DNA of 64,000 nucleotides, from contig MCFE01000149.1 of NCBI GenBank assembly GCA_002104905.1, positions 1 through 64,000 of the forward strand, given 5' to 3'. Within the stretch, counting starts at the first letter, position 1. Every line of letters starts with the position of its first letter. The notes beneath the pieces are model-generated. The model did not search any database. It saw only the letters and a list, made by a program, of their open reading frames with translations, and had not been told where the DNA came from. Of the stretch, positions 41,609 to 55,304 are shown piece after piece. A program made the translations under genes and the position numbers. Source of the DNA: Basidiobolus meristosporus CBS 931.73 (Eukaryota > Fungi > Basidiobolomycota).

Positions 41609-42633
41609 TATTATGATCTACCACTTGAATGTTTACATTAGATAAGTTCTCAACCCAATCAATTAGTTTTATGTTAAGCCTATTAGTATGTCAGTGTTTT
41701 CCATCAAATAAGTAGTATTAGTCAGCAAATGAATCAGTAGACCCTTATCAGAAAGCAACAGAGTTATTAGGTAGAATCTAATTGGGTGATTATAATGCAA
41801 TCAAATGAGTTATCAGCCACAACCTACATTAAGAAATACAATTAGTTAGCAATTGATCTGGCAAAATGTACATAAGGAGTGGCTTGAACCTCAACAAAAA
41901 TTAGGTCAAGTTTTAGTAAATACAATACTAGCTAAACTCCCTGTTTCTCCACAACTCTTGCACCAAGACTTGTAACATTGGTAGCAGCAATAACCAGAAA
42001 CCTCCCACCCAAAGAAAGAAGAAGCCTCCCTCAAGATATCAGATAATCAGGAATAGCAGAAGACTTTGCAGTAAATCCTGGCCCTACAGCAGCAGTTACT
42101 CCAGATCCTTAGCCAGCAGCAACAAGAAATGACTACCATGGCTCAGAACCAGCAAAACCTTGTCAAGAGCAACTTTAGCATGAAGCTTACCCAGTACCAT
42201 GGTAGAGTTGATGAAAACCTGGAAACTTGACTTTGTCAGACTGAAGAAGCTTTTGAAGCTACAGGAGCTTCCCAGGAAAGCAAGTTACACTATGCAGCCT
42301 CTTACCTTGCAGATGCAGCTTTGCAGTAGTATCACAACAAGATCAGGTCAGCCACTATAATGGGATGCTTCACTACAAATATCTAGGATGAGTATGTATT
42401 GGAAGTTCAAGGTGCCTTTTGGCCTCCCCACCAGCAGACACTACAAAGCAGCAAGCTGAAGACACTCAGACAGAAAGGCTTGGCTAAAGAATACATCTAT
42501 CAGTAAAGGTGTCTACTTGGCCAAATTGAAAGAATGGACCCCCTGGATCAAGTTGAATACTTTATTGATAGGTTAAATGAAAGAACCGGCAAGGAAGTGA
42601 ATTTTCAAAAGCCTCAGACTATAGAAGAAATTT
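41609..42633 (+). mobile_element. Older Ty3/gypsy family-B copy: 5' LTR (41609-41977), PBS and degenerate gag, cut by the copia insertion
   Basis: The 369-bp LTR is homologous and equal in length to 58762-59130 and ends TGTAACA, followed by TGGTAGCAG. The gag is colinear with 59131-59780. Confidence 0.85.
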
Positions 42634-42635
42634 TG

Positions 42636-45600
42636 TGTTGTATTTGTTGTAAGAGTCTTGGTGATATTGGAAGTGATTGGTAGCACAAGTAAACTACTTT
42701 CTACAACACCCCCACTTGATTAAATGTTCATACTGACTAGTAATTATATACATCCTTGATTGTCTTGAAATAAATTAATAGGCATTTTTTGACATAGGCC
42801 TAAATCTATAAAAAGCTTTCTTAACCACATTTCTTCTGCTGTGCTTCAAAGGCTGCCATATACTCTGCCTCTGTGGTGGAAAGTGCTACAGATGGTTGCT
42901 TTCTTGAATCCCATGAAATTGCTCCTTGACAGTATAGCAAGCTGTATCCTGTGGTGGGTCTTCTTTCTTCTAAATTTTGTGCCCAATCAGCATGAGAGTA
43001 TCCCACAAGATCCTGTTCTGAATCCTTATAAGTGTATACTAAGCAGATATCAGCAGTTCCTTTCAGAAATATAGAAATCCACTTAACTGCTGCAATATGA
43101 TTCAATCTATAGCCCTGAATATGCTGGCTGACAGCTCCTACTAAATATGTGACATATGGACATGTTCTAAGTATGATATACATCAGACTGCAAACTATAG
43201 ATTGACAAGGAAATTTAGGGCTTTCAGATGGCACCAAGCTCTCTTAATTTGGTTAGGTTTTGACCAAGTAAAGGTTTGTTTCTAAGGGGGTAGCTGCCAG
43301 TTTACAGTCTTCCATTTGGTACTTCTTTAGTATATCTTGAATACACTTGGATTGGCTTAGGGTGATATTCTGAGTACTTCTGTCTATGTAGAACTTTATC
43401 CCCAAGTAGTAACTGAGTTCCCCTAGATTGGACATCTTAAACTCTTTAGATAGGCTGGATTTAGTCTCTTCCAATGTTTTGATGTTATTTGCAGCTATAA
43501 TAAGATCATCCACATAGAGAGCTAATAGATCTGGATTTGCTCTATTTGGTTTATAGTACATACTATAGTTAGCATTACTCCTTATGAAGCTCAAAGATTC
43601 CAAATAAGAATCTACTTTGCAATTCCAGGCTCTTGGAGATTGGTTGAGTCCATATAGAGACTTTTTATGCTTGCAGACCAAATAGACATTATCTTGGTCA
43701 ATAAAACCATTGGCCTGGTCCATACACATGTCCTCATTAAGTTCTTCATTCAAAATTGCAGCTTTTACATCCATCTGATGAATTAAAAACTTATACTTGA
43801 CTGCAACAGCCAATATCAATCTGATGGAATAAAACTTGGCTACTGGTGCAAAGGTCTGAGTATAGTCAAGTACTTTTGCTTGAGAGTATCCTTAGGCCAC
43901 AAGTCTAGCTTTGCATCTTTCAATTGAATCATGAGCCTTGTATTTTGTCTCAAAGTCCCATCTGCATCCAATTGATTTTGGGTGCAGTAGAAATTTGACT
44001 AAGTCCCAAGTGTGATTTTCCATTAAGGCCTGATTTTTTACAGTCATTGCAGAGCTCCAAAACTCTGTCTGAGGTCTATTTAGGGCCTCTTTTACAGTCT
44101 GGGGTTCATCAATATGGACTAGATAGGCATAGGATATGTTTGTGCCCTCATTGATATGGTAATTTGGGCTATTTCTTGACTGGTTAAATCTTTTGGCATT
44201 TAATACTGAAATAATCACTTCTGGGATATTCCTGGGCACTAATTCAGGCTGAACCACAGTAGTAGAGTACACTGGAGTGAAATAACTTTCATTGTTTTAC
44301 TCTGATTCAATCCTGAAAATTGGTGGACTTGAGATCCAATATTGTCATCATCCAAAGTCATTTTTTGTGAGAATTTTGAATTTTTATCATACAACACATC
44401 TCTGGACTTGATTGGCTTCTTTACTTTGGTATTGTAGAATCTGTATGCTTTACTCTCATAGCAGTGGCTCAAAAATATGCACTTTACACTCTTTGACTCA
44501 AATTTTTACTGATTTCCTGACTATTTCTTGGCATATGCTATACACCCAAATATTTCTATATGTTCTGCACTTGGTTTGTATCAACACCATGCTTTTGAGG
44601 TATGCAGCTGTGGCAACTGATTCTGCCCAAGTACTGCAGGATATTTTCTGCTCATGGATCATATCACTTGCCATATCATTTATTAGTCTGTTTGCATGTT
44701 CTGCTATTTCATTTTGCTGTGGTGAGTATCATACAGTGGTGTCTTGCTTTATCCCATGAATTTTTCAGTAGTGGATGAAATGTATGAGGTATATTCTCCA
44801 CCATTGTCAAAGCATATTTTTGTGATTCTTTTGCCAGCTTCTCTAGACACAACTTCTTCCTTTTTCTCCATGAAGTAGACCTATGTGTATCTTGCATAAT
44901 CATCTATAAAAGTGATTGAATACTTCATCCTGCCTAGGCATACATTTTGCATAGGTCTACACAGCTCTGAGTGAATTAGATCTAATTTTTATTAGTTTTG
45001 ATTAACTCTGAGCTCTTGAATGATTGTCTGGCCTGTTTCCCAAAAATGCAGACTTAATAGTGCTCCAAATTATCTGCAGATCACCTTTTACTCTGGAAAT
45101 TAGCTGATCTTTGATCATTTTGCATAAATAATTAAAAATTGATGTGTCCAAATCTCCTGTGCCAAAGCATTTCTGTTTATTCATTAAAGCTACAGGCCTC
45201 CAGACATGATGGAATATAAGTCAACTTAAACAGAGTCTTATCTCTGACACCAAAAGCAATATGCGCACTATTTTGATAAGTGTTTCTGCATCCAGAATTG
45301 TCAATGCGGAAACTGAGTCCTTCTCCTGTGGCCTTGATTACAGATAGTGGGTTCTTTGACATTTCTACTGCACAGAGTACTTCTTTAAAGGTCAGTGAAA
45401 GGCTTTCTTCACTGCTACTAAGGTTTACCTGGATAATTCCTTCTCCAACTGCATCAAGTGTTCTATTGTCACGCATGAAACCTTTTCAATTGGAATTTCT
45501 TGATATTGGGTATAAAGTTGTTTTTTGTGTGTAAAGTATAGAGGTGCTCCAGAGTCAATATACAACATCTCAGAGTCCTTTTTTGTGGTTGTATTTAGTG

Positions 45601-45813
45601 CACATATAAATAGTCTATACCAGTTGTTGCAGCAATTCAATATACAGGCTTTTCTGCAGACTATTGCTCTTTTTGAAGCACTGGTCCAATGTGTGTCCTT
45701 TCCTTTTGCAGTAGTTGCAAAACAGGTTGCTATTATCATTAAAAGGTCTTGGGTATCTTTGTTGCAAGTTGTCATTGCTTTTAAAGCATTTTCTACTTCC
45801 TTCTTATTGGCGC
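42636..45813 (-). mobile_element. Degenerate Ty1/copia retrotransposon, 5'-truncated by gypsy insertion
   Basis: Minus-strand order protease (YIDSGA), integrase (DNGGEY, YSPQQNEIAEHANR), RT (HQMDVKAAILN, KSLYGLNQSPRAW, LYVDDLIIA), RNase H (SHADWA, VALSTTEAEYMA), PPT AAGTGGGGG, then the 3' LTR 42708-42636. Confidence 0.92.
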
Positions 45814-47546
45814 TGTAGTGGGGTCACAGTGACACCCACTGACAGATGTGCTCATTTCCATATTTTCTACTTCCCTATATCTCTACTACACTTATTTTAG
45901 TTTTATCCCATGTGTCTTACCTGATCAGAACTATCCCTTAAGCCAGTTGACAATCACACCTGCTTACTTTATTGCATAAGTTATCCCTCACTTTATGTAA
46001 GATTACTAGCTGTAAATGCTTCTTTATTAGGCAGGTACCTGCGCCAGTCCATGTGACACACAATCAGCCCATGTCTCCATCCCTTCCATTTCCATACCAT
46101 TTATGGAATGCCTGTGTTACAAAGGTCTCAGAATACTGATTCCTGATTGGTTGGATTTGCTGTGCCTCTTAGAACCTTCCAGCACCTACCTAGAATACTC
46201 TTAGCTAATTCTATGTCATTATGATTTCTATTTATCTCTGGAACCTTCTGGAACACTATGATTAGTAATCATTTAGCCAGCAAGAAAAGTATATAAGGGA
46301 GGCAATCCCTCAACAATAAAACATCATCCCTTTTATCAATATACCAACTTGTTGATTAGTGTAATCACTGCTACCTGCTGCTACCTGAACTTCCAGCCCC
46401 AGACCACAGGACACTCCCAGGAAACAGCACTGACAGCCAACTGACCTTAGAGGCACTACTTGTGAGGAATACTCAGAGTAGGTATCTTTTGATATATTTG
46501 ATTCTTTCCCAAGTTTGTTCTTGTACAGGCAAAGATACTTTTCTGTCTTTGTAACTATTGACCACAGCTGCATTCTTATCAAGTTCCTGCAGGTGGAACT
46601 TACAGTTGTTTTGACTTTGGAAGCTTTAGTACATTATCATCTCAAAGGATGCTAAATCCAGCACATACTTTTGTTAAGATGCCAACTAAGTTGAGGATTT
46701 TAGCTCAATAGTTTTCCCTTGATAAGCTTGTGGCTTTATTCTCCATCATACTAGATTAGAGACAGAACCCAAGTTTTACTAGCAAGCTTTTGCCAGAGGT
46801 TATTCCACCCAGAGAACACCTTACACACAAAACACTTGAGAAGTGTTGGATGTATCTCTCCCTTGGACTTATACACCACTACATATTTGGCACCCAACAT
46901 GGGGGGCTCATACCAGCTCCCTAGGACCCAACAAGATTTACCTGAAGATTTGAATTGTTATCCACTTATTGAAATGAGACTACCTATATTACCAAGATTA
47001 CAACACCAACATACATACCCATAATGAGCTCTATGCCACTACCACTCTCACATGGAGCCCCACAGTTTGATACAAAGAATGTGGAAAGCTTCATATTCAA
47101 ATGGGAGAAGCTCTGCAAGATGTGCAGCCTATCTGAACAAGAAATGGCTGAAGACTTCACCTACTATTGCACCAATGATTTTACCACTAAGCTTCTCAGA
47201 TAAGGAGACATTCTCATTGACTGGGCCTTAATGAAGACCTACCTACTGACCAAGTACGGTAGACCCCAGATATACTATGGATCTGAAGACCACAGACACT
47301 TTGGAAGGACTGGACTATCCAAGCTACCACTTAAAGAGTTCATCAACAGTACAAGGATATAGCCAAGCCAGTCCTAGAGTCCTGGGCTATAACTGAGTTT
47401 ACCATGACACTTGACCTTGCAAAAGGGCTTCCCCAGGACTTGGCAAGGAAAGTGGGCTTATATGCAGCTAAGGATGACAAGACTGGCATTCCATGCTTTG
47501 CTGAGATGAAACATGTTCTCCTAGAGGCAAAGCAGACTTCCACCGT
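45814..47546 (+). mobile_element. Older Ty3/gypsy family-A copy, left part (LTR 45814-46883, PBS, gag), interrupted at 47546
   Basis: 1070-bp LTR TGTAGTGG..CCACTACA, PBS at 46888, gag colinear with 48618-49285. It resumes at 54732. Confidence 0.92.
46888..46905 (+). other. tRNA-Lys(CUU)-type primer-binding site, CpG-decayed
   Basis: TGGCACCCAACATGGGGG versus the canonical Lys1,2 PBS TGGCGCCCAACGTGGGGC. The second copy at 48622-48639 reads TGGCACCCAATGTGGGGG. Confidence 0.75.
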
Positions 47547-50500
47547 TGTAGTGGGGTGACAGTGACACCCACTGACAGATGTGCTCATTCACATATTCTC
47601 TACTTCCCTATAGCTCTACTGCTCTTATTTAGGTTTTATCCCATTTGTCTTATCTGATCAGTACTATCCCATAAGATGGTTGACTATCACACCTGCTTAC
47701 CTTATTGCATAAGTTATCCCTCACTTTATGTAAGATTAATAGCTATAAGTGCATCTATATTAGGCAAGTACCTGTGTCAGTACCCGTGACACATGGTCAA
47801 CCCATGTCACCATCCCTACCATTTCCATACCATATTTGGTATCCTTATGTTGCACAGGTTTCAGAATACTGATTCCTGATTGGTTGGATGTGCTGTGCCT
47901 CTTAGAATCTTCCGGCACCTACTTAGAGCATTCTTAGGTCATTCTGATGTCATTAAGATTTCTAATGATATCTGGAATCTTCTGGAACACCATGATTAGT
48001 AATCACTTAGCCAGTAAGAAAAGTATATAAGGGAGGCTATCCCTCAACAATAAATCATCATTCCTTTTATCAATATACCAACTTGTTGATTAGTGTGATC
48101 ACTGTTACCTGCTGCTACCTGAACTTCCAGCCCCAGACCACAGGACACTCCCAGGAAACTGCGCTGACAGCCAACTGACCTTAGAGGCACTACTTGTGAG
48201 GAATACTCAGAGTAGGTATCTTTTGTTATATTTGATTCTTTCCCAAGTTTGTTCTTGTACAGGCAAAGATACTTTTCTGTCTTTGTAACTATTGACCACA
48301 GCTGCATTCTTATCAAGTTCCTGCTGGTGGAGTTTACAGTTGTCTATACTTTGGAAGCTTTAGTACATTGTCATCTCAAAGGATGCTGAACCCAGCACAT
48401 ACTTTTGTCAAGATGCCAACTAAGTTGGGGATTGTAGCTCAATAGTTTTCTGTTGACAAGCTTGTGGCTTTATTCCCCTTCATATTAGATTAGAGACAGA
48501 ACCCAAGTATTCCTAACAAGCTTTTGCCAGAGGTTATTGCACCCAGTGAACACTCCACACATATAACACATGAGAAGTGTTGGATGTATCTCTCCCTTGG
48601 ACCTATACACCACCACATATTTGGCACCCAATGTGGGGGGCTCATACAAGCTCCCTAGGACCCAACAAGATTTATCTGAAGATTTGAGCTGTTATCCACT
48701 TATTGAAACAAGACTTCCAATATTATCTTGATTACAACACCAACCTACCTGCCCAAAATGAATTCTATGCCATTACCACTCTCTCATGGAGCCCCACAGT
48801 TTGATAGAAAGAATGTGGAAAGCCTCATATTCAAAAGGGAGAAGCTCTGCAAGATGTGCAGCCTATCTGAACAAGAAATGGCTAAAGACTTCCCCTACTA
48901 CTGCACCAATGATTTTACCACTAAACTTCTCAGATAAGGAGACATTCTCATTGACTGGGCCTTGATGAAGACCTACCTACACACCAAGTATGGTAGACCC
49001 CAAATATATTATGGAATTGAAGACCTCAGACACTCTGGAAGGACTGGACTTTCCAAGCTACCACTTGAGGAGTTCATTCAACAGTATGAAGATATTGCCA
49101 AGCCACTCCTAGAGTCCCAGGCTATAACTGAGCTTACCATGATGCTTTACCTTGCACAAGTGCTTCTCCAGAACTTGGCAAGGAAGGTTGACTTACATGC
49201 AGCCAAGGATGACAAGTCTGGCATTCCTTGTTTTGCAGAGATGAAATGTGTTCTCCTAGAGGCAAAGCAAACTTCCACCTTTATAAGACTCCTGACATCT
49301 AATCTGCCAGACCAGTCAACCCAGGAGCCCAGGAGTGCTGTTGCTGACAATCAGACCTACACTGCCAACAGAATTGATTAACTTGCTGAACAGCTACAAA
49401 AGCTAGCCCTTAAGATTAATGGCTCAGCTGAGGTAGCTACTGAGGGCCAAAGACCTTTGCCCAGACACTGCATCTGGTGTGACTCTAATCAACAAGCCAG
49501 ACAAGAATGCTCAGAGCTTAGTCAGCTGCTCAGAGAAGGAGCAGTACAGTTTGATGTTGATGGAATGCTTGCTGACAAGGAAGGAAGAAGGATTACCACT
49601 AATTTCCAAAGAGGAGGGATGAGAGCCCTTCTCCAGAAATCTGACACAGCAACCAGAAAGATTACTGTTGATGCCCCTACTGGGACTAATACAGTTAATC
49701 CAAGCAATCCTGACAGCAGGCAATACAAAGTTGATACCTATGATACCAAAAGACACCTCCCTGAAGAACCTGCCAAACCCACCCTTAGAAGGCCACAATT
49801 TGAAGAACCTGAAGTTGTTATTGACAAGAGGCCTAGTATGCTGCTCACCCAAGATCCATTGCCTCACTTTCAGATGACCTCAAAGATAGCAAGCTACTCA
49901 AGCCCTCAACTGATTACTGAGAAGCTGCTGAAGCAGAACCCCACTTTATCAGTTGGAGAAATCATAAGTGTATCCCCAACTGTTAGGAAGACCTTTGATG
50001 AGCAGCTTAGAACAAGACAACAAGCTGTTGAACATATGGACACCCATATAATTCAGACAAGCTATGAAGACCACCAAAATGATGACAACACTACTGAATA
50101 TAAGACCTTTTACTCAGTTGCAGCTGCTGTGGTGAAAGGGTATATATATGATGACCCTGTTGTCTGCCATGTTGACATTGGCTCAGAGATTTTTGTTATG
50201 CTACTAGACTTCTGGAAGACACTTAGAAGCAAGGAGCTACTGCTGGTTGATAGAGATATTGGATGGACCATGACTGATGCAGACTCAGGATCTAGTCCAC
50301 TCTATGGTGTAGTGCACAAGTTCCCTATTGAGGTACAAGGAATCAAGGTCTGGCTGCCCCTCTTCATCTGTCAGGAGGCAAACTTTGACCTTCTGCTAGG
50401 TAGACCATGGGAAACCAGTACTAAGGCTACAACTACTAACTATTCTGATGGGTCAGTATGGTACACCATACAACATTTGGAGCTGCTCATTAGGTATACA

Positions 50501-53500
50501 GGAGCAGATGGCTATGGTTCAAACAAAATACAAGACAGTCAAACCAAAGATTAGACCTTCACCTACACCTTTGACTGATGGATCTTGACCTGCAGATTAC
50601 ATCAGACAACCAGATGAAATACCAGAGGATATACAGCTTACACTTGAGAGACTTAAGCAACTTATCATTGGTAATGGACAGTAGAACAGAAGATTAGACC
50701 ATCACTTACACCTTTGACAAATAGATCTCAACCTGCTGATTACATTAGACCACCAGAAGAAACAACAAAGATATACAACTTACACCTGAGAGACTTAAGC
50801 AACTTATCATTGGTAATGGAAACCTAACACCAGAAGAGATACTATTATTTGAAGAAACCTTGAAAAGGCATGATAAGGTCTTCTCATATAATGACAAGGA
50901 GATTGGACTCTCAAAGACATTGGCTGAAAAACCTATCAAGATTCATACAGTGCCCCACACCCTGGTCATTTAAGCTTTACCCACTGCCCAGAGGACTCCA
51001 AGCCAATGTGCATGACCTACTTAAGAAGAAGATAGAAGCTGGTATCCTAGAACTTTGCCATGGACCTTATGCTAACAGATGGTTTGTGACCAAAAAGAAG
51101 AATGGAAAGCTCCAATTCACTCAAGACATGCAACCTGCAAATGCTATCACTATCTGAGATGCTGCTATACCTCCATCTATTGATGACTTTGCAGAGTGCT
51201 TAAGTGGCCACTCCATCTACCTAACATACATTCTCCATTCAGGATATGACCAGGTCCCCTTGATGAGACATCAAGAGATATGTTTGCACTCTAGACACCA
51301 TTTGGACTGTTAAGGATGACAAGACTCAGCCAAGGGGCTACAAACTCTGTGGCTCAGTTCCAGAGATACATGGTAATGTGCTGTACCAGTTTATACCTGA
51401 GAAACTTGCTGTCTTTGTTGATGACATAGGCATCAATGGACCAAAATTCTGGGACACCATTGAAGTTATGCCTAGAGTAAGAAAGTTTGTATATGACCAT
51501 ATTTCAGACAACAATGCCATATTAGGAGCCATTCAAGAAGCTGGACTCACCATCAGTGGTGAGAAAAGCAGCTTTGGTGTATCAGAGATATCCATTGTTA
51601 GACAAAAATGCAACACCTTTGGTTGTTCACCTGGAGACTCCAAGACACAAAAGATATGCAACTGGCCTACCCCTGCAAATCTAACACAAGCTTGTGGCTT
51701 TGTGGCAGCTTGTGGGCTCTTAGGCTCTGAATCTCAAGATTTTCTGAGATAGTAGAACTAATATATAAACTGCAGTGAAAGAATACCCCATTTATCTGGG
51801 GAGAAGAGCAAGAAGAAGCCATGCAATTACTGAAAGAAGCCTTAATATCTCCACCAGTTCTAAGACCTCTTTACTATCAGAACACTGAATGCCCACCTAT
51901 TTTGACAGTGGAAGAAAGCCCTATAGGAGCTGGAGCACTACTTGGCCAAGATGATGAAGATGGCAACCACTATGCCTGCAGATATGAGAGCTGCTTATTC
52001 TCCCCTAGAGAGCAAAGATATTCACAGATTAAGAGAGAGCTACCAGGAGTTGTGAAGATGCTGAGGAAACTGAAGTCACAACTCTATATGAAACATTTCA
52101 TCCTGAAGACAGATGCCAAGCCACTTATAGGAATGATCAACAAACCTGACCTACCTGATGATGCCACAAACCACGGGATAGCATGGCTGAAAATGTTTGA
52201 CTTTGAGGTCAGACATATCCCTGGGAAGACAAATGTGGTGGCTGATGCACTCTCCAGGAAGGGACCACAATTATTTGAAGACTTGGACCCTCACTTTAAT
52301 GATATTATTGATGCAGAGATCCAACAGATTGCCATCAAAGACCATGAGAGAACTACCTGGAGTCTGATCAAGGAATATGTAAGGAAACTTAAGAAACCTA
52401 GTTGGATGGAAATTAATGAGTTTAGAAAACTCAGGAAGATGGCACACCACTACTATCTCAAAGATGATCATCTCTTTAAGCAAGTGAAGCCTGGACTTAT
52501 GCCAAGAAGAGTAGTCACTACCCCACAAGAGCAACTAGACATTATCCCAAGTATACACCAAGGAGAACCAGGAGGACATAGAGGACAAGAAGCCACCTGC
52601 AATACCACAGCTCAGAGGTACTACTGGGAAAGCATGTACTATAATATCCAACACTTTGTTGAGCTATGTGTAGCCTGCCAGAAGAGATCCTCCAAGCATT
52701 AGGAAGAACCACTGCATCCTACTTACACAATCTATCTATGGCAAAAGGTTGGTATTGACCTTGTCCACATGCCAACAGCTAGATCAAAAAAGTACCAGGT
52801 TATTGCTAGAGATGACCTTAGTGGATGGGCAGAGGCTTGAGCCTTGCCTAACAACAAGAGCCATACCATATGGAGATTTATACTTGAAGACATCATCTGC
52901 AGATTTGGCTGCATCCAACAGTTTGTTGCCAACAGAGGAGGGATGACATCCCAAATGATCCAGGAGTTGTGCTCAAAGTGCAAGATATACATTGCTTTTA
53001 CAACAGCTTACCACCCTCAAGCCAATGGAATGATAGAGAGAGGACATGGACCATTGGTGAACTCTCTTGTCAAGACCTGTGAGAATAATACAACACTGTG
53101 GCTGCAGCAATTACATCTTGCACTCTAGGCACATAGAATTACTACCAAGAGAACAACTGGATTATTGCCATTCAAGCTACTCTATGGACATGACTGCATA
53201 CTACCAGTTGAGCTAAACACAGCCACTTGGAACTCATTAAATTGAAGATCCAATATGCAGACTGAAGACCTCCCTGCAACTTGCATACAGCAACTTGATC
53301 ACCATGACTTGAATATCAGCAGAACTGCTGAACAACTTAAGGATGCACAACTGAAGAACAAGGTGCCCTTTAACAAATCACACACAACAAGACCAATACC
53401 ACTACCATTAGGAGACCCAGTATTACTCTATGATTCCACCTTGGACAAACAAAGGAGTCGGAAGTTTGACAACAAATGGACTGGCCCCTACCTCATTTCC

Positions 53501-54731
53501 AAAGTGATTGGAAATAGAAGTTATTACATATCAGAGCTTGAAAACACCCAGTTGAGAGCACCAGTTGCAGGAAACCAACTTAAGTTATTGAAGCATAGGA
53601 GTTTTGCACATCAAGATTAGTTTGCTTTGACCCAAACTCAAAGCTGAAGAGGGGGGTGGATGTAGTGCGGTCTCAGTGACACCCACTGACAGATGTGCTG
53701 ATTCCCATATTTTCTACTTCCCTATATCTCTACTACACTTATTTTAGTTTTATCCCATTTATCTTACCTGATCAGTACTATCCCATAGGCCAGTTGACTA
53801 TCACACCTGTTTACTTTATTGCATAAGTTATCCCTCACTTTATGTAAGATTACTGGCTATAAGTGCTTCTATAGTAGGCAAGAACCTGTGCCTGTACCCA
53901 TGACACATGGTCAACCCATGTCACCATCCCTTCCATTTCCATACCATATATGATATCCCTATGCTACACAGGTCACAGAATACTGATTCCTGATTGGTTG
54001 GATGTGCTGTGCCACTTAGAATCTTCTGGCACCTACTTAGAACATTCTTAGGTCATTCCAATGTCATTAAGATTTCTACTGATATCCAGAACCTTCTGGA
54101 ATACCTTGATTAGTAATCACTTAGCCAGTAAGAAAAGTATATAAGGGAGGCTATCCCTCAACAATAAATCATCATCCCTTTTATCAATATACCAACTTGT
54201 TGATTAGTATGATCATTGCTACCTGCTGCTACCTGAACTTCCAGCCCCAGACCACAGGACACTCCCAGGAAACTGCGCTGACAGCCAACTGACCTTAGAG
54301 GCACTACTTGTGAGGAATACTCAGAGTAGGTATCTTTTGTTATATTTGATTCTTTCCCAAGTTTGTTCTTGTACAGGCAAAGATACTTTTCTGTCTTTGT
54401 AACTATTGACCACAGCTGCATTCTTATCAAGTTCCTGCTGGTGGAATTTACAGTTGTTTTGACTTTGGAAGCTTTAGTACATTATCATCTCAAAGGATGC
54501 TGAACCCAGCACATACTTTTGTTAAGACACCAACTAATTTGGGGATTGTAGCTCAATAGTTTTCCCTTGACAAGCATGTGGCTTTATTCCCCTTCATATT
54601 AGATTAGAGACAGAACCCAAGTATTCCTAGCAAGCTTTTGCCAGAGGTTATTGCACCCAATGAGCAACCCACACACAAAACACTTGAGCAGTGTTGGATG
54701 TATCTCTCCCTTTGGCCTATACACTACCACA
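47547..54731 (+). mobile_element. Full-length but mutated Ty3/gypsy family-A element (LTRs 47547-48617 and 53661-54731, 1071 bp each)
   Basis: gag (MPLPLSHGAPQFD.., CIWCDSNQQARQEC knuckle), protease (HVDIGSEI), RT (YANRWFVTKKKNGK, SGYDQ, VFVDDIG), RNase H (YSQIKREL), integrase (GGHRG..CVACQ, GIDLVHMP, TAYHPQANGMIERGH), PPT GAAGAGGGGGGTGGA. The 4-bp TSD is CCGT/CCAT. Many stops and frameshifts. Confidence 0.96.
50548..50820 (+). repeat. Tandem ~143-bp duplication inside gypsy-A pol between protease and RT
   Basis: Units 50548-50678 and 50691-50820 both run agattagacc..tacacctttgac..gagagacttaagcaacttatcattggtaatgga. Confidence 0.85.
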
Positions 54732-54890
54732 CCATCATGGGATTTCTGAAGCCTTATCTGCCAGTTCAGTCAACCAAGGAACCAAGGAGTGCTGTTGCTG
54801 ACAATCAGACTTACACTACCAACAGCATTGACCAACTTGCTCAACATTTACAAAAGCTAGCCCTCAAAATTAATGGCTCAGCAGCTTAGA
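54732..54890 (+). mobile_element. Right remnant of the older gypsy-A copy (gag continuation), then truncated
   Basis: Matches 49285-49432 (ccagt..caacc..ggagtgctgttgctgacaatcagac..aaaagctagccct..attaatggctcagc). Confidence 0.88.
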
Positions 54891-55304
54891 ATTAGTGACC
54901 CTCCTGACAATCTTATAACAAGATCATGGCGGTGTTTTGCAAATTTTAAAGCCAAATAAAGGGATAAAACTTGACAACTTTTGATTGGTGTTGTGACAAT
55001 ATTTGCATGTTATTGTTGCGGTCTTTTAGTGCTCTATTACTATTTTAAGTGGATCTAGTTGGCAAGAACTTCCAATTGCCTTTTATGGCAAAAAACTTGA
55101 CAGTATTTTGACAGCCTCACAGCAAGACTCTGATGGCTTTTTCATGGCAGTATGACGGCCTGCCACTGGTTCTGTATAATGCTACCATACCAATTTACCA
55201 AATAGTATTTCCTTTTTCTACCTCCCCTTGTGCAATTCATATATTTCACTGTAGAATTACCTTTCTTTATTTGCTTACCCACTACTACCTTAGGTATTCC
55301 ACAT

